In this document: positions 10,005 through 18,793 of the stretch, one piece after another
How positions within the stretch are numbered: the stretch's first letter is position 1
How the letters are laid out: each line of letters begins with the position of its first letter
DNA from: an uncultured archaeon
GTDB taxonomy: Archaea; Altiarchaeota; Altiarchaeia; IMC4; SCGC-AAA252-I15
DNA length: 64,000 nt
Direction: 5' to 3'
Assembly: GCA_964423225.1 (NCBI GenBank)
Contig: CAYREE010000001.1
Span: forward strand, 17,419 to 81,418
Notes under the pieces: generated by a model
What the model was told of the DNA's origin: nothing
Database searches by the model: none
Seen by the model: the letters and a program-made list of their open reading frames with translations, nothing else
Translations under genes and position numbers: made by a program

Positions 10005-10919
10005 ATGGCAATACTAGGATTAGACGAGAAGGAATATTTCGCAAAAGGCCATAGGGCATGCGCAGGATGCGGTGAAGCCCTGGCAATTAGACTCATCATG
10101 AAGGCGGCCGGAGAAAACACTGTAGTAGTACAGTGTACCGGTTGTATGGAGGTTGTTTCCACACCATATCCAGAAACAGCATGGGAGGTTCCCTGGATAC
10201 ATGGCGCATTCGAAAACAATGCGTCAATAGCATCGGGGGTGGAGAGGGCCTTAAAGAGACTTGGAAAGGAAGATACTCACGTACTCGTCTTAGGCGGGGA
10301 CGGTGGAACCTATGACATAGGATTCCGGGGCCTCTCTGGTGCTTTCGAACGGGGACATAATATCACGTATGTCTGTACAGACAATGAGGCATACATGAAT
10401 ACAGGAATCCAAAGAAGTGGTGCAACAGCCTATGGCGCTTCTACTACAACATCTCCTGCCGGAAAAGTATCGATAGGGAAAGAAGAGTGGAAGAAGGATC
10501 TTCCCGCAATAATAGCATCCCATGGATCACCATATGTAGCAACTGCATCAGTTGGATATCATGCAGACTTAATGCGAAAGATCAAGATAGCGTTGGAGAC
10601 AAAAGGCCCTACGTTTGTTAATGTTTATAGTCCATGTACTCCAGGATGGCGGATTGATCCATCAATAACTATAAAGGTTGCAAAGCTTGGAGTCGAGACA
10701 GGGGCAACCCCGTTATACGAGATAATCGACGGGAAACACAAGGTCAATATGCCGGCAAACGTCGACAACCTCAAGCCAGTTGAAGAATACTTAAAGCTCC
10801 AAGGCAGGTTCAGACACCTCTTCAAACCAGAGAAGAATGAAGAGACCATAGCCTTCATTGAAAACACACTAAAAGAAAAACTATCACGGATAAAACAGCT
10901 AGAAGAAAAAGGCCTTTAA
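10005..10919 (+). CDS. porB: Pyruvate/2-oxoacid:ferredoxin oxidoreductase, beta subunit (TPP-binding)
   Basis: ACAGCGE cysteine motif and the GGDGGTYDIG TPP-binding motif; 304 aa. Confidence 0.9.
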   Translation: MAILGLDEKEYFAKGHRACAGCGEALAIRLIMKAAGENTVVVQCTGCMEVVSTPYPETAWEVPWIHGAFENNASIASGVERALKRLGKEDTHVLVLGGDGGTYDIGFRGLSGAFERGHNITYVCTDNEAYMNTGIQRSGATAYGASTTTSPAGKVSIGKEEWKKDLPAIIASHGSPYVATASVGYHADLMRKIKIALETKGPTFVNVYSPCTPGWRIDPSITIKVAKLGVETGATPLYEIIDGKHKVNMPANVDNLKPVEEYLKLQGRFRHLFKPEKNEETIAFIENTLKEKLSRIKQLEEKGL

Positions 10920-10988
10920 AAAAAGGTTATATTTATTTTGTCTGCCCGTTTTTAAACGCTAATACTTGAAAGAATATTACTTATGATA

Positions 10989-11052
10989 GATGATAATCTC
11001 GCATTATCATCATGACTTAACAATGTAAACAAAAGACAATTTTGTAAGTCAT
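10989..11052. promoter_or_regulatory. Two adjacent inverted repeats about 110 nt upstream of ftsZ
   Basis: GATGATAAT-ctcgc-ATTATCATC (perfect 9-bp arms, 10989-11011) and ATGACTTA(A)CAA-n18-TTGTAAGTCAT (11012-11052). Confidence 0.3.
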
Positions 11053-11159
11053 GTAAATATGGGGGTTTTTTAAGGCAAATGAACCAAATTATATACAAAG
11101 TTAATTATACACTTTCATCCATGAATTAATTTCTAAGGTGAAATGTGGGGTGAAGTTTG

Positions 11160-12284
11160 ATGGATTCAATTGTTCAAAACGCGATTAGTAAGGCAACGTC
11201 AGGCAGCGAAAAGCCATCTGACAATAGGATTTCAGACTCAGATGATGAGTTAAAGAGGATTGTTGAAGGAATAAAAACCTCTATAAAGGTTGTGGGATGT
11301 GGTGGAGCAGGATCAAACACTATTGATAGGCTCATAGACATGGATGTTGATGGTGGAGAAGTAATAGCTATTAACACCGATGCACTACACCTACTATACA
11401 GCAAGGCACCGAAAAAAGTCTTGATAGGAACAAGCATAACCGGTGGAGTTGGCGCAGGAAACGACCCGGATATAGGAGAACAATGCGCTGAAAGCGATGT
11501 GGATAAGATATCAACTAGCCTACAAGGCTCTGACCTCGTCTTTATAACATGTGGATTAGGTGGAGGAACCGGAACCGGAAGCGCGCCAGTAGTCGCCGAA
11601 GTGGCAGGAGACCTACAGGCACTAACAATAGCTATAGTAACATTACCTTTCAATGTTGAAGGAAGAGTACGTGCAACAAACTCATTGAAGGGACTAAAGA
11701 AACTGAGAAAATATACAGATACTGTAATCGTAATACCAAACGACAGACTACTTGATATTGCACCAAACCTTCCGCTTAACGCAGCATTCAAGGTTGCAGA
11801 CGAACTGCTTGCAAACGGAGTAAAAGGAATAACCGAGATGGTGACAAAGCCCGGACTCGTAAACCTAGACTTCGCAGACGTAAGAGCAATCATGAAAGAT
11901 GGCGGCACAGCAATGATAGGTATGGGAGCATCATCAAAAGACACTTCAATGGATGCTCGCTCAAGAGAATCCGTAGAAAAAGCACTGACGTCTCCATTAC
12001 TAGACACAGAGATAAGCAATGCTACCGGAGCCCTCATCAACATTACAGGAAGCAGGGACATGACGCTAGAAGAAGCTGAAGAGATAGTACGGATTGTATC
12101 AGAAAGGATTAGCCATGACGCAGAGATAATCTGGGGTGCTCAAATAGACGAGTCTCTAGACAGAAATGTGATAAAGACCCTACTGATCCTATCAGGCGTT
12201 AGCGTGCCCGGATACGAGGAAGAACTGGAAGAAAAAGTTGAAAGAGGAGACGATCACTCAGACATCGGCCTTAAAAGCCTTTAA
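11160..12284 (+). CDS. ftsZ: Cell division GTPase FtsZ
   Basis: Contains VVGCGGAGSNTI, the tubulin signature GLGGGTGTGSAPVVAE, and NLDFADV. The ATG at 11160 follows the TTG at 11157. Confidence 0.92.
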   Translation: MDSIVQNAISKATSGSEKPSDNRISDSDDELKRIVEGIKTSIKVVGCGGAGSNTIDRLIDMDVDGGEVIAINTDALHLLYSKAPKKVLIGTSITGGVGAGNDPDIGEQCAESDVDKISTSLQGSDLVFITCGLGGGTGTGSAPVVAEVAGDLQALTIAIVTLPFNVEGRVRATNSLKGLKKLRKYTDTVIVIPNDRLLDIAPNLPLNAAFKVADELLANGVKGITEMVTKPGLVNLDFADVRAIMKDGGTAMIGMGASSKDTSMDARSRESVEKALTSPLLDTEISNATGALINITGSRDMTLEEAEEIVRIVSERISHDAEIIWGAQIDESLDRNVIKTLLILSGVSVPGYEEELEEKVERGDDHSDIGLKSL

Positions 12285-12372
12285 AACGGTTTTTCAGGCC
12301 ATAAATATTTTTTTTTACAATACCTCTAAACCATACTATTTTTAAATGTTGAATCAGAAATGGTAAGCCACA

Positions 12373-12534
12373 ATGCGTTTAATCAATGCTCTTAGAGACT
12401 CTAGGAGGATTTTAAGGTTGACTCGGAAGCCAAAGAAGTCCGAGTTCATGGAGACAGCGAGGGTCACGGCCATAGGAATAATCGTGATCGGGCTTATTGG
12501 AACAATAATATTTATTACATCAAGGATAGTTTGA
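12373..12534 (+). CDS. secE: Protein translocase subunit SecE / Sec61-gamma
   Basis: 53-aa ORF, below the track cutoff: MRLINALRDSRRILRLTRKPKKSEFMETARVTAIGIIVIGLIGTIIFITSRIV. It has a basic N-terminus plus a single C-terminal TM helix and sits in the canonical position directly upstream of spt5/nusG. Confidence 0.7.
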   Translation: MRLINALRDSRRILRLTRKPKKSEFMETARVTAIGIIVIGLIGTIIFITSRIV

Positions 12535-12539
12535 TTGAA

Positions 12540-13058
12540 ATGACGATATATGCTGTAAAAGCGACTGCAGGACAGGAAAGAGTAGTAGCAGAACTGATAT
12601 ACAGGGAAGCCATCAACAAAAAGGCGGAAATAACAAGAGAGGGTGGAGAAGTCTACAGTATCCTCTATACTACTGGATTAAAAGGCTATGTATTAGTCGA
12701 AGCCAATAATCCTGGATTAGTAGAGGATCTTGCAAGAAACGTTCCGAAAACCCGAGGACTACTACTAAAAGAAAAGGGAACTCTAGATTCTGCAGGAATA
12801 ATTCCAATCGCAGACCTTGAAAACACGTTAAAGCCAAGGCCCATAGTATCCGAGGTAGGGAGAGGAGACTTGATAGAGTTGATTGCCGGACCATTCAAGG
12901 GTGAGAAGGCACGTGTTGCAAGGATCGACGAGGATAAAAACGAGATTACTGTCGAATTAATTGAGGCTGCAGTACCAATCCCAGTAATCGTTTCAGGAGA
13001 TGACATCAAGATACTAAGAAGAGAAACAGAGGATGAGGAAGATGGAGGAAAAGATTGA
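12540..13058 (+). CDS. spt5: Transcription elongation factor Spt5 (archaeal NusG)
   Basis: NGN start MTIYAVKATAGQERVV and KOW motif GDLIELIAGPFKGEKARV. The ATG at 12540 is preferred over the TTG at 12531. Confidence 0.85.
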   Translation: MTIYAVKATAGQERVVAELIYREAINKKAEITREGGEVYSILYTTGLKGYVLVEANNPGLVEDLARNVPKTRGLLLKEKGTLDSAGIIPIADLENTLKPRPIVSEVGRGDLIELIAGPFKGEKARVARIDEDKNEITVELIEAAVPIPVIVSGDDIKILRRETEDEEDGGKD

Positions 13059-13722
13059 ATTACTAGTTGAAGGCGGATCTGCAACAGCAGGACCACCATT
13101 AGGACCTGCATTAGGTCCACTAGGAGTGAATGCACAGGAAGTTGTTGCCGAGATAAACAAACTGACAGAAGATTACAAGAATATGAAGATACCAGTCGAA
13201 GTAATCGTCGACGCATCAACAAAACAATTCACAGTAAAAGTCGGATCGCCTCCGACATCAGCATTAATCCTAAAGGCCCTGGGACTTGAAAAAGGCGGTG
13301 GGAAAGACATTGTAGGAGACATCGGATTCCTCGTAATAATGGATATCGCCAAGAAAAAAAAGGATGCTATGCTAGCGAAAACCTTTACAGCAGGGATAAA
13401 AGAAGTGGCTGGAGCATGCACAAGCCTAAGGATCACGATTGAGGGTAGATCATCAAAAGAATTGATTAGAGAAGTTGATGAAGGACTCTTTGACAAAGTC
13501 ATAGCCGGAAAGACCGAGGAAATACCCGATGCCGTAGTAAGAAAGCAGAAGAAGGTAAAACTCGTTGGAATAAAGGAAGAGAAGCCTAAAGAAGAAGAGA
13601 AGCCTGAGGAAGAAGAAGCCAAGGAAGGAGAGGCTAAGGAAGGCGAATCAAAGGAAGGCGAGAAAAAGGATTCCAAAGACGAGAAACCAGGTGACGACAA
13701 GGCTAAAGAAGAGAAGAAGTGA
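13033..13722 (+). CDS. rpl11: 50S ribosomal protein uL11 with a long Lys/Glu-rich C-terminal extension
   Basis: GGSATAGPPLGPALGPLGVN is the hallmark uL11 N-terminal motif. The start could be 13033 or the ATG at 13042. The last ~65 aa are KE-rich low complexity. Confidence 0.85.
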   Translation: MRKMEEKIELLVEGGSATAGPPLGPALGPLGVNAQEVVAEINKLTEDYKNMKIPVEVIVDASTKQFTVKVGSPPTSALILKALGLEKGGGKDIVGDIGFLVIMDIAKKKKDAMLAKTFTAGIKEVAGACTSLRITIEGRSSKELIREVDEGLFDKVIAGKTEEIPDAVVRKQKKVKLVGIKEEKPKEEEKPEEEEAKEGEAKEGESKEGEKKDSKDEKPGDDKAKEEKK

Positions 13723-13728
13723 TGACTC

Positions 13729-14793
13729 TTATTTAATCTGAGTTATTCCTTCTCTCCCAACCTTTATATTATACGGTATAAGTTTCTCAGGAGTTGCATC
13801 ATAATGGGATGCTACACCATCAGCCAAGTATTTTTCAGGTGTTTTAACATAATCATCTTTACGAAATGGTTGCAAAAGATCCACTCCAATCTTTGAGCCA
13901 GCAGCCTCCAACATCAAGAGAGATCTTCTATTGGCATCAAGCTCGGTAAGCCATTTCGGAAGCCGGCCAATACCTGCTATGAACTCATCTTCTTCAAGTT
14001 CTCTGGATCTCCTATGTAATTCATCATTTTCTTTATTCCAAGCTTTATCTGCAGCATCCATTTCCACTAAAGAATTTCTTGCATTCCATATTCTAAATCC
14101 TGCGCCGATAGGATTAAATGAGAATAGATTGCGCAATCTAGCATCTCTTTGATGTCTCTTGTATTTTCCCCAATCAGTAGCCTCGTTCATAACCATATCA
14201 TAATCCCTCTGCTGCAGACTGTAATACTCCCTACATGCCTCGTTAGCATCAATGCTTTCGCAGACATAAGGCATCCTATTTCTAAATCTGTCGATCAATG
14301 GTTTTGTAGGCTTTGAAGAGCCAAGTCTTGAGCCGGTCTCACGATCCCTTGACAACCATCGGATCACATCATCCTCCCACTGTTTTCCATGGCCGAGCTC
14401 ATGTAGAATTACTGCTACTCCAAAAATAGTATCTGGCAGATTGATTGTGACTAACGAGCACCTCTCCCTATCCTTATGCTTACCTTCAAAGCCAAGCTTC
14501 TCATCATAGACCTGTATTTCATGCGGTTTTTCAAGATCTGCCAAGCCTACTAAATCTACTCTCCTACCGTCAGGACCAACAAGTTCAATCGACTGGAGAT
14601 TTCGATAATTCTTTCCCTCAAGTGAAGTATGCCTCTCTTGCTCTAGTACCGCATGCAACCGGCATATCTCACGTTCTTGAGCATCTCTTAAAACCCTCTC
14701 CTCAGATACCGTTGCCACCCTAGTCTTTGGTAATCTAGGGCCTTGGACAACATCTCTTCTGGGTGATTGACTATTATCTTCAACATTCATCAT
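13729..14793 (-). CDS. Hypothetical Arg-rich protein with an HExxH zincin motif
   Basis: 354-aa ORF. FGVAVILHELGHGKQWEDD (H131-E-L-G-H135) is preceded by a predicted beta segment. No other family signature was recognised. Confidence 0.5.
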   Translation of the reverse strand: MMNVEDNSQSPRRDVVQGPRLPKTRVATVSEERVLRDAQEREICRLHAVLEQERHTSLEGKNYRNLQSIELVGPDGRRVDLVGLADLEKPHEIQVYDEKLGFEGKHKDRERCSLVTINLPDTIFGVAVILHELGHGKQWEDDVIRWLSRDRETGSRLGSSKPTKPLIDRFRNRMPYVCESIDANEACREYYSLQQRDYDMVMNEATDWGKYKRHQRDARLRNLFSFNPIGAGFRIWNARNSLVEMDAADKAWNKENDELHRRSRELEEDEFIAGIGRLPKWLTELDANRRSLLMLEAAGSKIGVDLLQPFRKDDYVKTPEKYLADGVASHYDATPEKLIPYNIKVGREGITQIK

Positions 14794-14877
14794 CTATCTG
14801 TTAAAAAAATGGGAGGATAGTCCATAAAACTGTAAAAAAGCTTTTTTTTATTTTATCATAACCCCTAATCTCTTTTT

Positions 14878-15627
14878 ATGGGACATTATGACAGCCTAGT
14901 AAATGAGATGACAAGTGGACTACGAACCCAACTAGGATCATTAGGCCCTGATAGGTTTGTCGAACACTTGAATAAGAGTGTGAGTGATGAGGCCGTATCC
15001 AACCATCTTACTGCAGCATCAGGAGGTAGACCAGTTCTTATCGGAAATAACATAGATTTCAGACTTCTTCACGTCCATGAGAAAGTCGAGATACTCGCAA
15101 TACGACGTGGACTGCCAAGAGAAGAAGCTCACAGGGTTGCCAGCGAGATAGAGGATATGTTTAGAAGGATAAGGGGGCCAATAGCAGCTGATGAAAAACA
15201 ATTGCCTACTAGCCTTGAGATAAACGGGATTGAAGAACAGGGAATATGTCCTATACGATACGAGAAGGGAAGTGAAGGAGAAGCCCAGGTGATGATCGGA
15301 ATCGGCCAGCAATGGATTCCATATACAGAAATCTTTTCCTCATTGAATAATCATGTCAGCGAAATTGACTCCCTGGATTTTAACAGGCAAATAAGCGGAC
15401 CATCAAACCAGGAAGCTCTCTCATCCCTATGCCAATTCGATTATCGTGGAAGGACTCAGAAACTCGTTGAAGATCTTAAAAGCTGGCAAGACCTTGCGTC
15501 AAACGCTATTAACATCCATTCTAAACAAGAGGCTCAAAGACTTAGCGAACAACAATTTCACGACCTTCATTATCGACAAGAATTAAAACCACCAGACAGA
15601 AGGCTTAATCCTCCAGGCAGAGGCTGA
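14878..15627 (+). CDS. Hypothetical protein, divergent partner of the HExxH gene
   Basis: 249-aa ORF with no recognisable motifs. It shares an 84-nt A/T-rich divergent intergenic region with 13729..14793. Confidence 0.4.
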   Translation: MGHYDSLVNEMTSGLRTQLGSLGPDRFVEHLNKSVSDEAVSNHLTAASGGRPVLIGNNIDFRLLHVHEKVEILAIRRGLPREEAHRVASEIEDMFRRIRGPIAADEKQLPTSLEINGIEEQGICPIRYEKGSEGEAQVMIGIGQQWIPYTEIFSSLNNHVSEIDSLDFNRQISGPSNQEALSSLCQFDYRGRTQKLVEDLKSWQDLASNAINIHSKQEAQRLSEQQFHDLHYRQELKPPDRRLNPPGRG

Positions 15628-15710
15628 AAACCTTTTATTTTTAAAGGATTGTTGCATAATGTATTAGACCCGTTTCACTATCCTACTACTGGGATAGGAG
15701 GGATTACAAG

Positions 15711-16340
15711 ATGAAGAAAGAAGAAATCATACCAAAGATCGCTGAGGCTATCGAAAAAGCCCCTAAGAGGAAGTTCAACCAGACAATGGAATTAACATTG
15801 AACTTCAAAGACGTTTCGATCGAGGGAGAACACAAATTAAACGTCAATGTATTACTTCCTAAAGGAAGGGGTAAAGACGTTGAGATAGGAGTATTTGCTG
15901 ACGGCGACATGAATGTAAAGGCTCAAAGCCATTCAAAACACGTTCTTTCAAAAGCCGAGTTCGAATCAATGTCATCTGACAAAAGAAAGATGCGTAAATA
16001 CGCTAGTGAATGCTATTCATTCATCTCAGCACCTGATCTGATATCTGTTGTAGGAAAAACATGGGGTGTCGTCTTAGGAGTTAGAGGAAAGATGCCGCAA
16101 CCCGTTCCACCCAACGCAGATGTAGGACAGGCAATCAATAAATTCAAGAATACTATCCGGATAAAATCACGTAAAAACCCGATTATCCACGCACCAGTAG
16201 GCACTGAAAAATTATCAGCAGAAGATATTGCAGAAAATATTGAAGCAGTATATACGTCTATTGAAAGGGTTATCCCAGACGACAAAATGCATTCCGCATT
16301 CATAAAGGCCACTATGGGCCCGGCGGTGAGGCTATGGTAG
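15711..16340 (+). CDS. rpl1: 50S ribosomal protein uL1
   Basis: 209 aa. The N-terminus (AIEKAPKRKFNQTMELTLNFKD) and synteny directly upstream of P0 both fit. A GGAGG lies 8 nt upstream of the ATG. Confidence 0.88.
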   Translation: MKKEEIIPKIAEAIEKAPKRKFNQTMELTLNFKDVSIEGEHKLNVNVLLPKGRGKDVEIGVFADGDMNVKAQSHSKHVLSKAEFESMSSDKRKMRKYASECYSFISAPDLISVVGKTWGVVLGVRGKMPQPVPPNADVGQAINKFKNTIRIKSRKNPIIHAPVGTEKLSAEDIAENIEAVYTSIERVIPDDKMHSAFIKATMGPAVRLW

Positions 16341-17407
16341 CGATCTGGAAGAAAGACCAGGTTAAGAGCTTAAAAAAGAAGTTTAAGAACTCGGGTACAA
16401 TAGGGATTGTGAGGATTGAGGGGATACCATCAAAACAATTCCAACAGATTAGAAAAACCCTTAGAGGAGACGTTGACATATTAATCGCTAAAAGAAGGGT
16501 TGTTGAACATTCATTAAAAAAGTCGGGGCATGAAGGATTAGTCGAATACCTTGACGGATCAATAGGCATAATCACGAGTGATCTGGATCCATTCCAGCTT
16601 GAAAAGAAACTAGATGGATGTAGGAGTAATGCACCAGCAAAAGCAGGATCACTCGCCCCATTTGACATAATAGTCCCCGCTGGCGACACTGGTCTTCCAG
16701 CAGGACCGGTAATAGGAGACTTACAGGGTGCTGGATTAAAAGCTAAGATCCAGGGTGGAAAAATCCTTCTCCAAGAAGAATCAACGATTGTTAAAGAAGG
16801 AGAAATTATAGACGAGAAGAAAGCCGCAGCCCTCATGAGATTGAAGATCGAGCCCATGGAAATTGGAATGGACTTAAAGGCGGTATGGGAGAACGGTATG
16901 GTCTACCCATATGAGATACTCCATATCGACGCTCAGGAAACGTTGGACAAGCTCGCAAGCGCACATCAGAAGGCATTCAACCTAGCATATAACGCTCAAT
17001 ATTTCACTAAAGACACAGTACTCCTACTCATGCAGGAAGCATTCAATAATGCAAGGAACCTAGCATTTAATTCAGAAGTCATCAACAAGGAGACAGTCGA
17101 ATACTTCATATCAAAAGCAGGCGCGCAAGCAGCAGCACTCAAATCATGCCTTCCAGAAGACTTGAAGGTCGAGGAAAAACCGAATAAAGAAGACAAGCCA
17201 GAAGCAGATACACCAGACAGTGACGACAAGGGACCAGATAAAGAAGACAAAAAAGAAGAAGCTGGAAAGAAGGAAGAAGAAAAATTAGAAGAGAAGAAGG
17301 AAAAAGAGAAAAAACCTGAAGAAAAACCAGCAGAAGAAAAGAAAGAAAAGGCAACAGAAGAGAAAACTGAAGAAAAGCCTGCTGAAACCAAAGAGAAAAA
17401 AGATTAA
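16334..17407 (+). CDS. rplP0: 50S ribosomal protein uL10 / acidic stalk protein P0
   Basis: 357 aa with a uL10 N-domain (IGIVRIEGIPSKQFQQIRKTLRG). It overlaps rpl1 by 7 nt. The C-terminus is a KE-rich tail ending ...PAETKEKKD. Confidence 0.85.
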   Translation: MVAIWKKDQVKSLKKKFKNSGTIGIVRIEGIPSKQFQQIRKTLRGDVDILIAKRRVVEHSLKKSGHEGLVEYLDGSIGIITSDLDPFQLEKKLDGCRSNAPAKAGSLAPFDIIVPAGDTGLPAGPVIGDLQGAGLKAKIQGGKILLQEESTIVKEGEIIDEKKAAALMRLKIEPMEIGMDLKAVWENGMVYPYEILHIDAQETLDKLASAHQKAFNLAYNAQYFTKDTVLLLMQEAFNNARNLAFNSEVINKETVEYFISKAGAQAAALKSCLPEDLKVEEKPNKEDKPEADTPDSDDKGPDKEDKKEEAGKKEEEKLEEKKEKEKKPEEKPAEEKKEKATEEKTEEKPAETKEKKD

Positions 17408-17473
17408 AAAAAACCTGCTAATCCACTATTTATTAAGTTTTTATCCTTATCCTACGGTTTAATTATTTAGACT

Positions 17474-17635
17474 ATGACTAGGGGACAAGCCGCTAAACTA
17501 ATGGAAGGAAAAGAACCGCTGATAGCTCAAAGGACAAGATCTGGAAGAACATCTAAGACATATGTCACAGACAGTATGCTTAAAGACATGGACAAGCTTG
17601 TAAAAAGCCTGCAAATAGAGGCAAGATACAGATAA
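17474..17635 (+). CDS. Small basic ORF (53 aa), unknown function, at the position where P1/L12 is normally found
   Basis: MTRGQAAKLMEGKEPLIAQRTRSGRTSKTYVTDSMLKDMDKLVKSLQIEARYR. It shows no similarity to P1 by eye. The only support is that it is an intact ORF in an otherwise empty 230-nt gap. Confidence 0.25.
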   Translation: MTRGQAAKLMEGKEPLIAQRTRSGRTSKTYVTDSMLKDMDKLVKSLQIEARYR

Positions 17636-17637
17636 CA

Positions 17638-17913
17638 TTAGTAAACTCGTATCTCAGTCTGCATTCCAGGTTCTCTAGGACGCATCTTCTCAATCTCATT
17701 AGCCTTCCTAGCAAGATGAATGGCATCAAAAATAGATATGAAGGTTATGCAAAACGTAGCGAAGAATGCAAGGATGATATTCGATTCAAGAAGAGAGAAA
17801 GCAAATATAGACAATAAGATGAAAAAAACACCACGTAAAACCCTTCCAACATATATTTGTCCCAATCCAACCATGATGAAAGACAATAATCCTGCAAGCC
17901 AAGGCTTCTTCAT
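17638..17913 (-). CDS. Small membrane protein (TM2-like, 2-3 helices)
   Basis: The 91-aa sequence WLAGLLSFIMVGLGQIYVGRVLRG resembles TM2-domain or related small membrane proteins. Confidence 0.45.
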   Translation of the reverse strand: MKKPWLAGLLSFIMVGLGQIYVGRVLRGVFFILLSIFAFSLLESNIILAFFATFCITFISIFDAIHLARKANEIEKMRPREPGMQTEIRVY

Positions 17914-17950
17914 GGAGATTAATTAAGGCTATATCATTATATAAACAACA

Positions 17951-18775
17951 ATGGAAATCAAGATAGACTTGAGAAAAAGCATACCAGAAAACGCAAAGAC
18001 ATATTATGAACGGTCAAAGAAGGCAAAGAAGAAGATACCAGGCCTAAAAAAAGCTATAGAATCAACGAGGGAAAAACTGGATGCTGTGAAAGAAAAGGAA
18101 GAGATCCCAGAGGAACCAAAGATAAAGAAGAAACAGAAGAAGAAATGGTATGAGGGATACAGATGGTTCACTTCAAGCGATGGATTTCTTGTATTAGGCG
18201 GTAAAGACGCTTCAACCAATGAGACACTCGTAAAAAAGCATCTTGAACCAAACGACCTAGTATTCCATGCAGAGATACAAGGGGCTCCATTCTTCATCGT
18301 TAAAAACCCTGAGGCCAAAGAAATCCCAGATACAACAATAAATGAAGCTTCCCAGGCCGCAGCATCATATAGCAAAGCATGGAGCATGGGTATGGGATCG
18401 GCAAACGTATACTATATAAAACCTGACCAGGTTTCTAAAACACCACCATCTGGAGAATACCTTCCAAAAGGAGCCTTCATGATATATGGAAAGAAAAACT
18501 GGGTTAGAGACGTTGAATTAAAACTAGCGATAGGATTCATATTTAACGAAGAGGTTGAAGTCACTGGAGGGCCGATTACTTCAGTATCTTCAAAAACCAG
18601 TTATTACTCGGTTTTTGGAGTAGGTGACGTAAAATCAAAGAGGCTTTCAGAAGAGATAAAAAAAGAGGTTGCAAGAAAAACAACTGCAGAGGATGGACGA
18701 CTGCTAAAAAAAACAGGGATAGATGATATTCAAAGATGGATCCCCTCAGGAAAAGGTAGGTTAATTAAGGGATAA
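17951..18775 (+). CDS. NFACT-R (DUF814) domain RNA-binding protein, short stand-alone form
   Basis: Lys-rich coiled-coil N-terminus, then YRWFTSSDGFLVLGGKDASTNETLVKKHLEPNDLVFHAEIQGAPFFIVK, the DUF814/NFACT-R pattern. Confidence 0.65.
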   Translation: MEIKIDLRKSIPENAKTYYERSKKAKKKIPGLKKAIESTREKLDAVKEKEEIPEEPKIKKKQKKKWYEGYRWFTSSDGFLVLGGKDASTNETLVKKHLEPNDLVFHAEIQGAPFFIVKNPEAKEIPDTTINEASQAAASYSKAWSMGMGSANVYYIKPDQVSKTPPSGEYLPKGAFMIYGKKNWVRDVELKLAIGFIFNEEVEVTGGPITSVSSKTSYYSVFGVGDVKSKRLSEEIKKEVARKTTAEDGRLLKKTGIDDIQRWIPSGKGRLIKG

Positions 18776-18793
18776 GACAATAATAGTAATGGG

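Noticed and set aside
11174-12061. A 295-aa ORF on the minus strand inside ftsZ.
   Set aside because: It is fully antisense to a gene with unmistakable FtsZ motifs. Its Ser/Pro/Ala-rich low-complexity translation is typical of a shadow ORF.
12686-13700. Long minus-strand ORFs (12686..13222 and 13173..13700) opposite spt5 and rpl11. Further ones (16312..16857 and 16996..17391) lie opposite rpl1 and P0.
   Set aside because: They are antisense to strongly supported ribosomal and transcription genes. The Ser/Phe-rich translations are mirror images of the Lys/Glu-rich coding repeats.
15628-15710. A hairpin CTATCC-n8-GGATAG just upstream of the rpl1 Shine-Dalgarno sequence, considered as an L1 autoregulatory mRNA site.
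   Set aside because: It is only a 6-bp stem, and I cannot match it confidently to the 23S rRNA L1-binding motif from memory. That is too weak to report as a feature.
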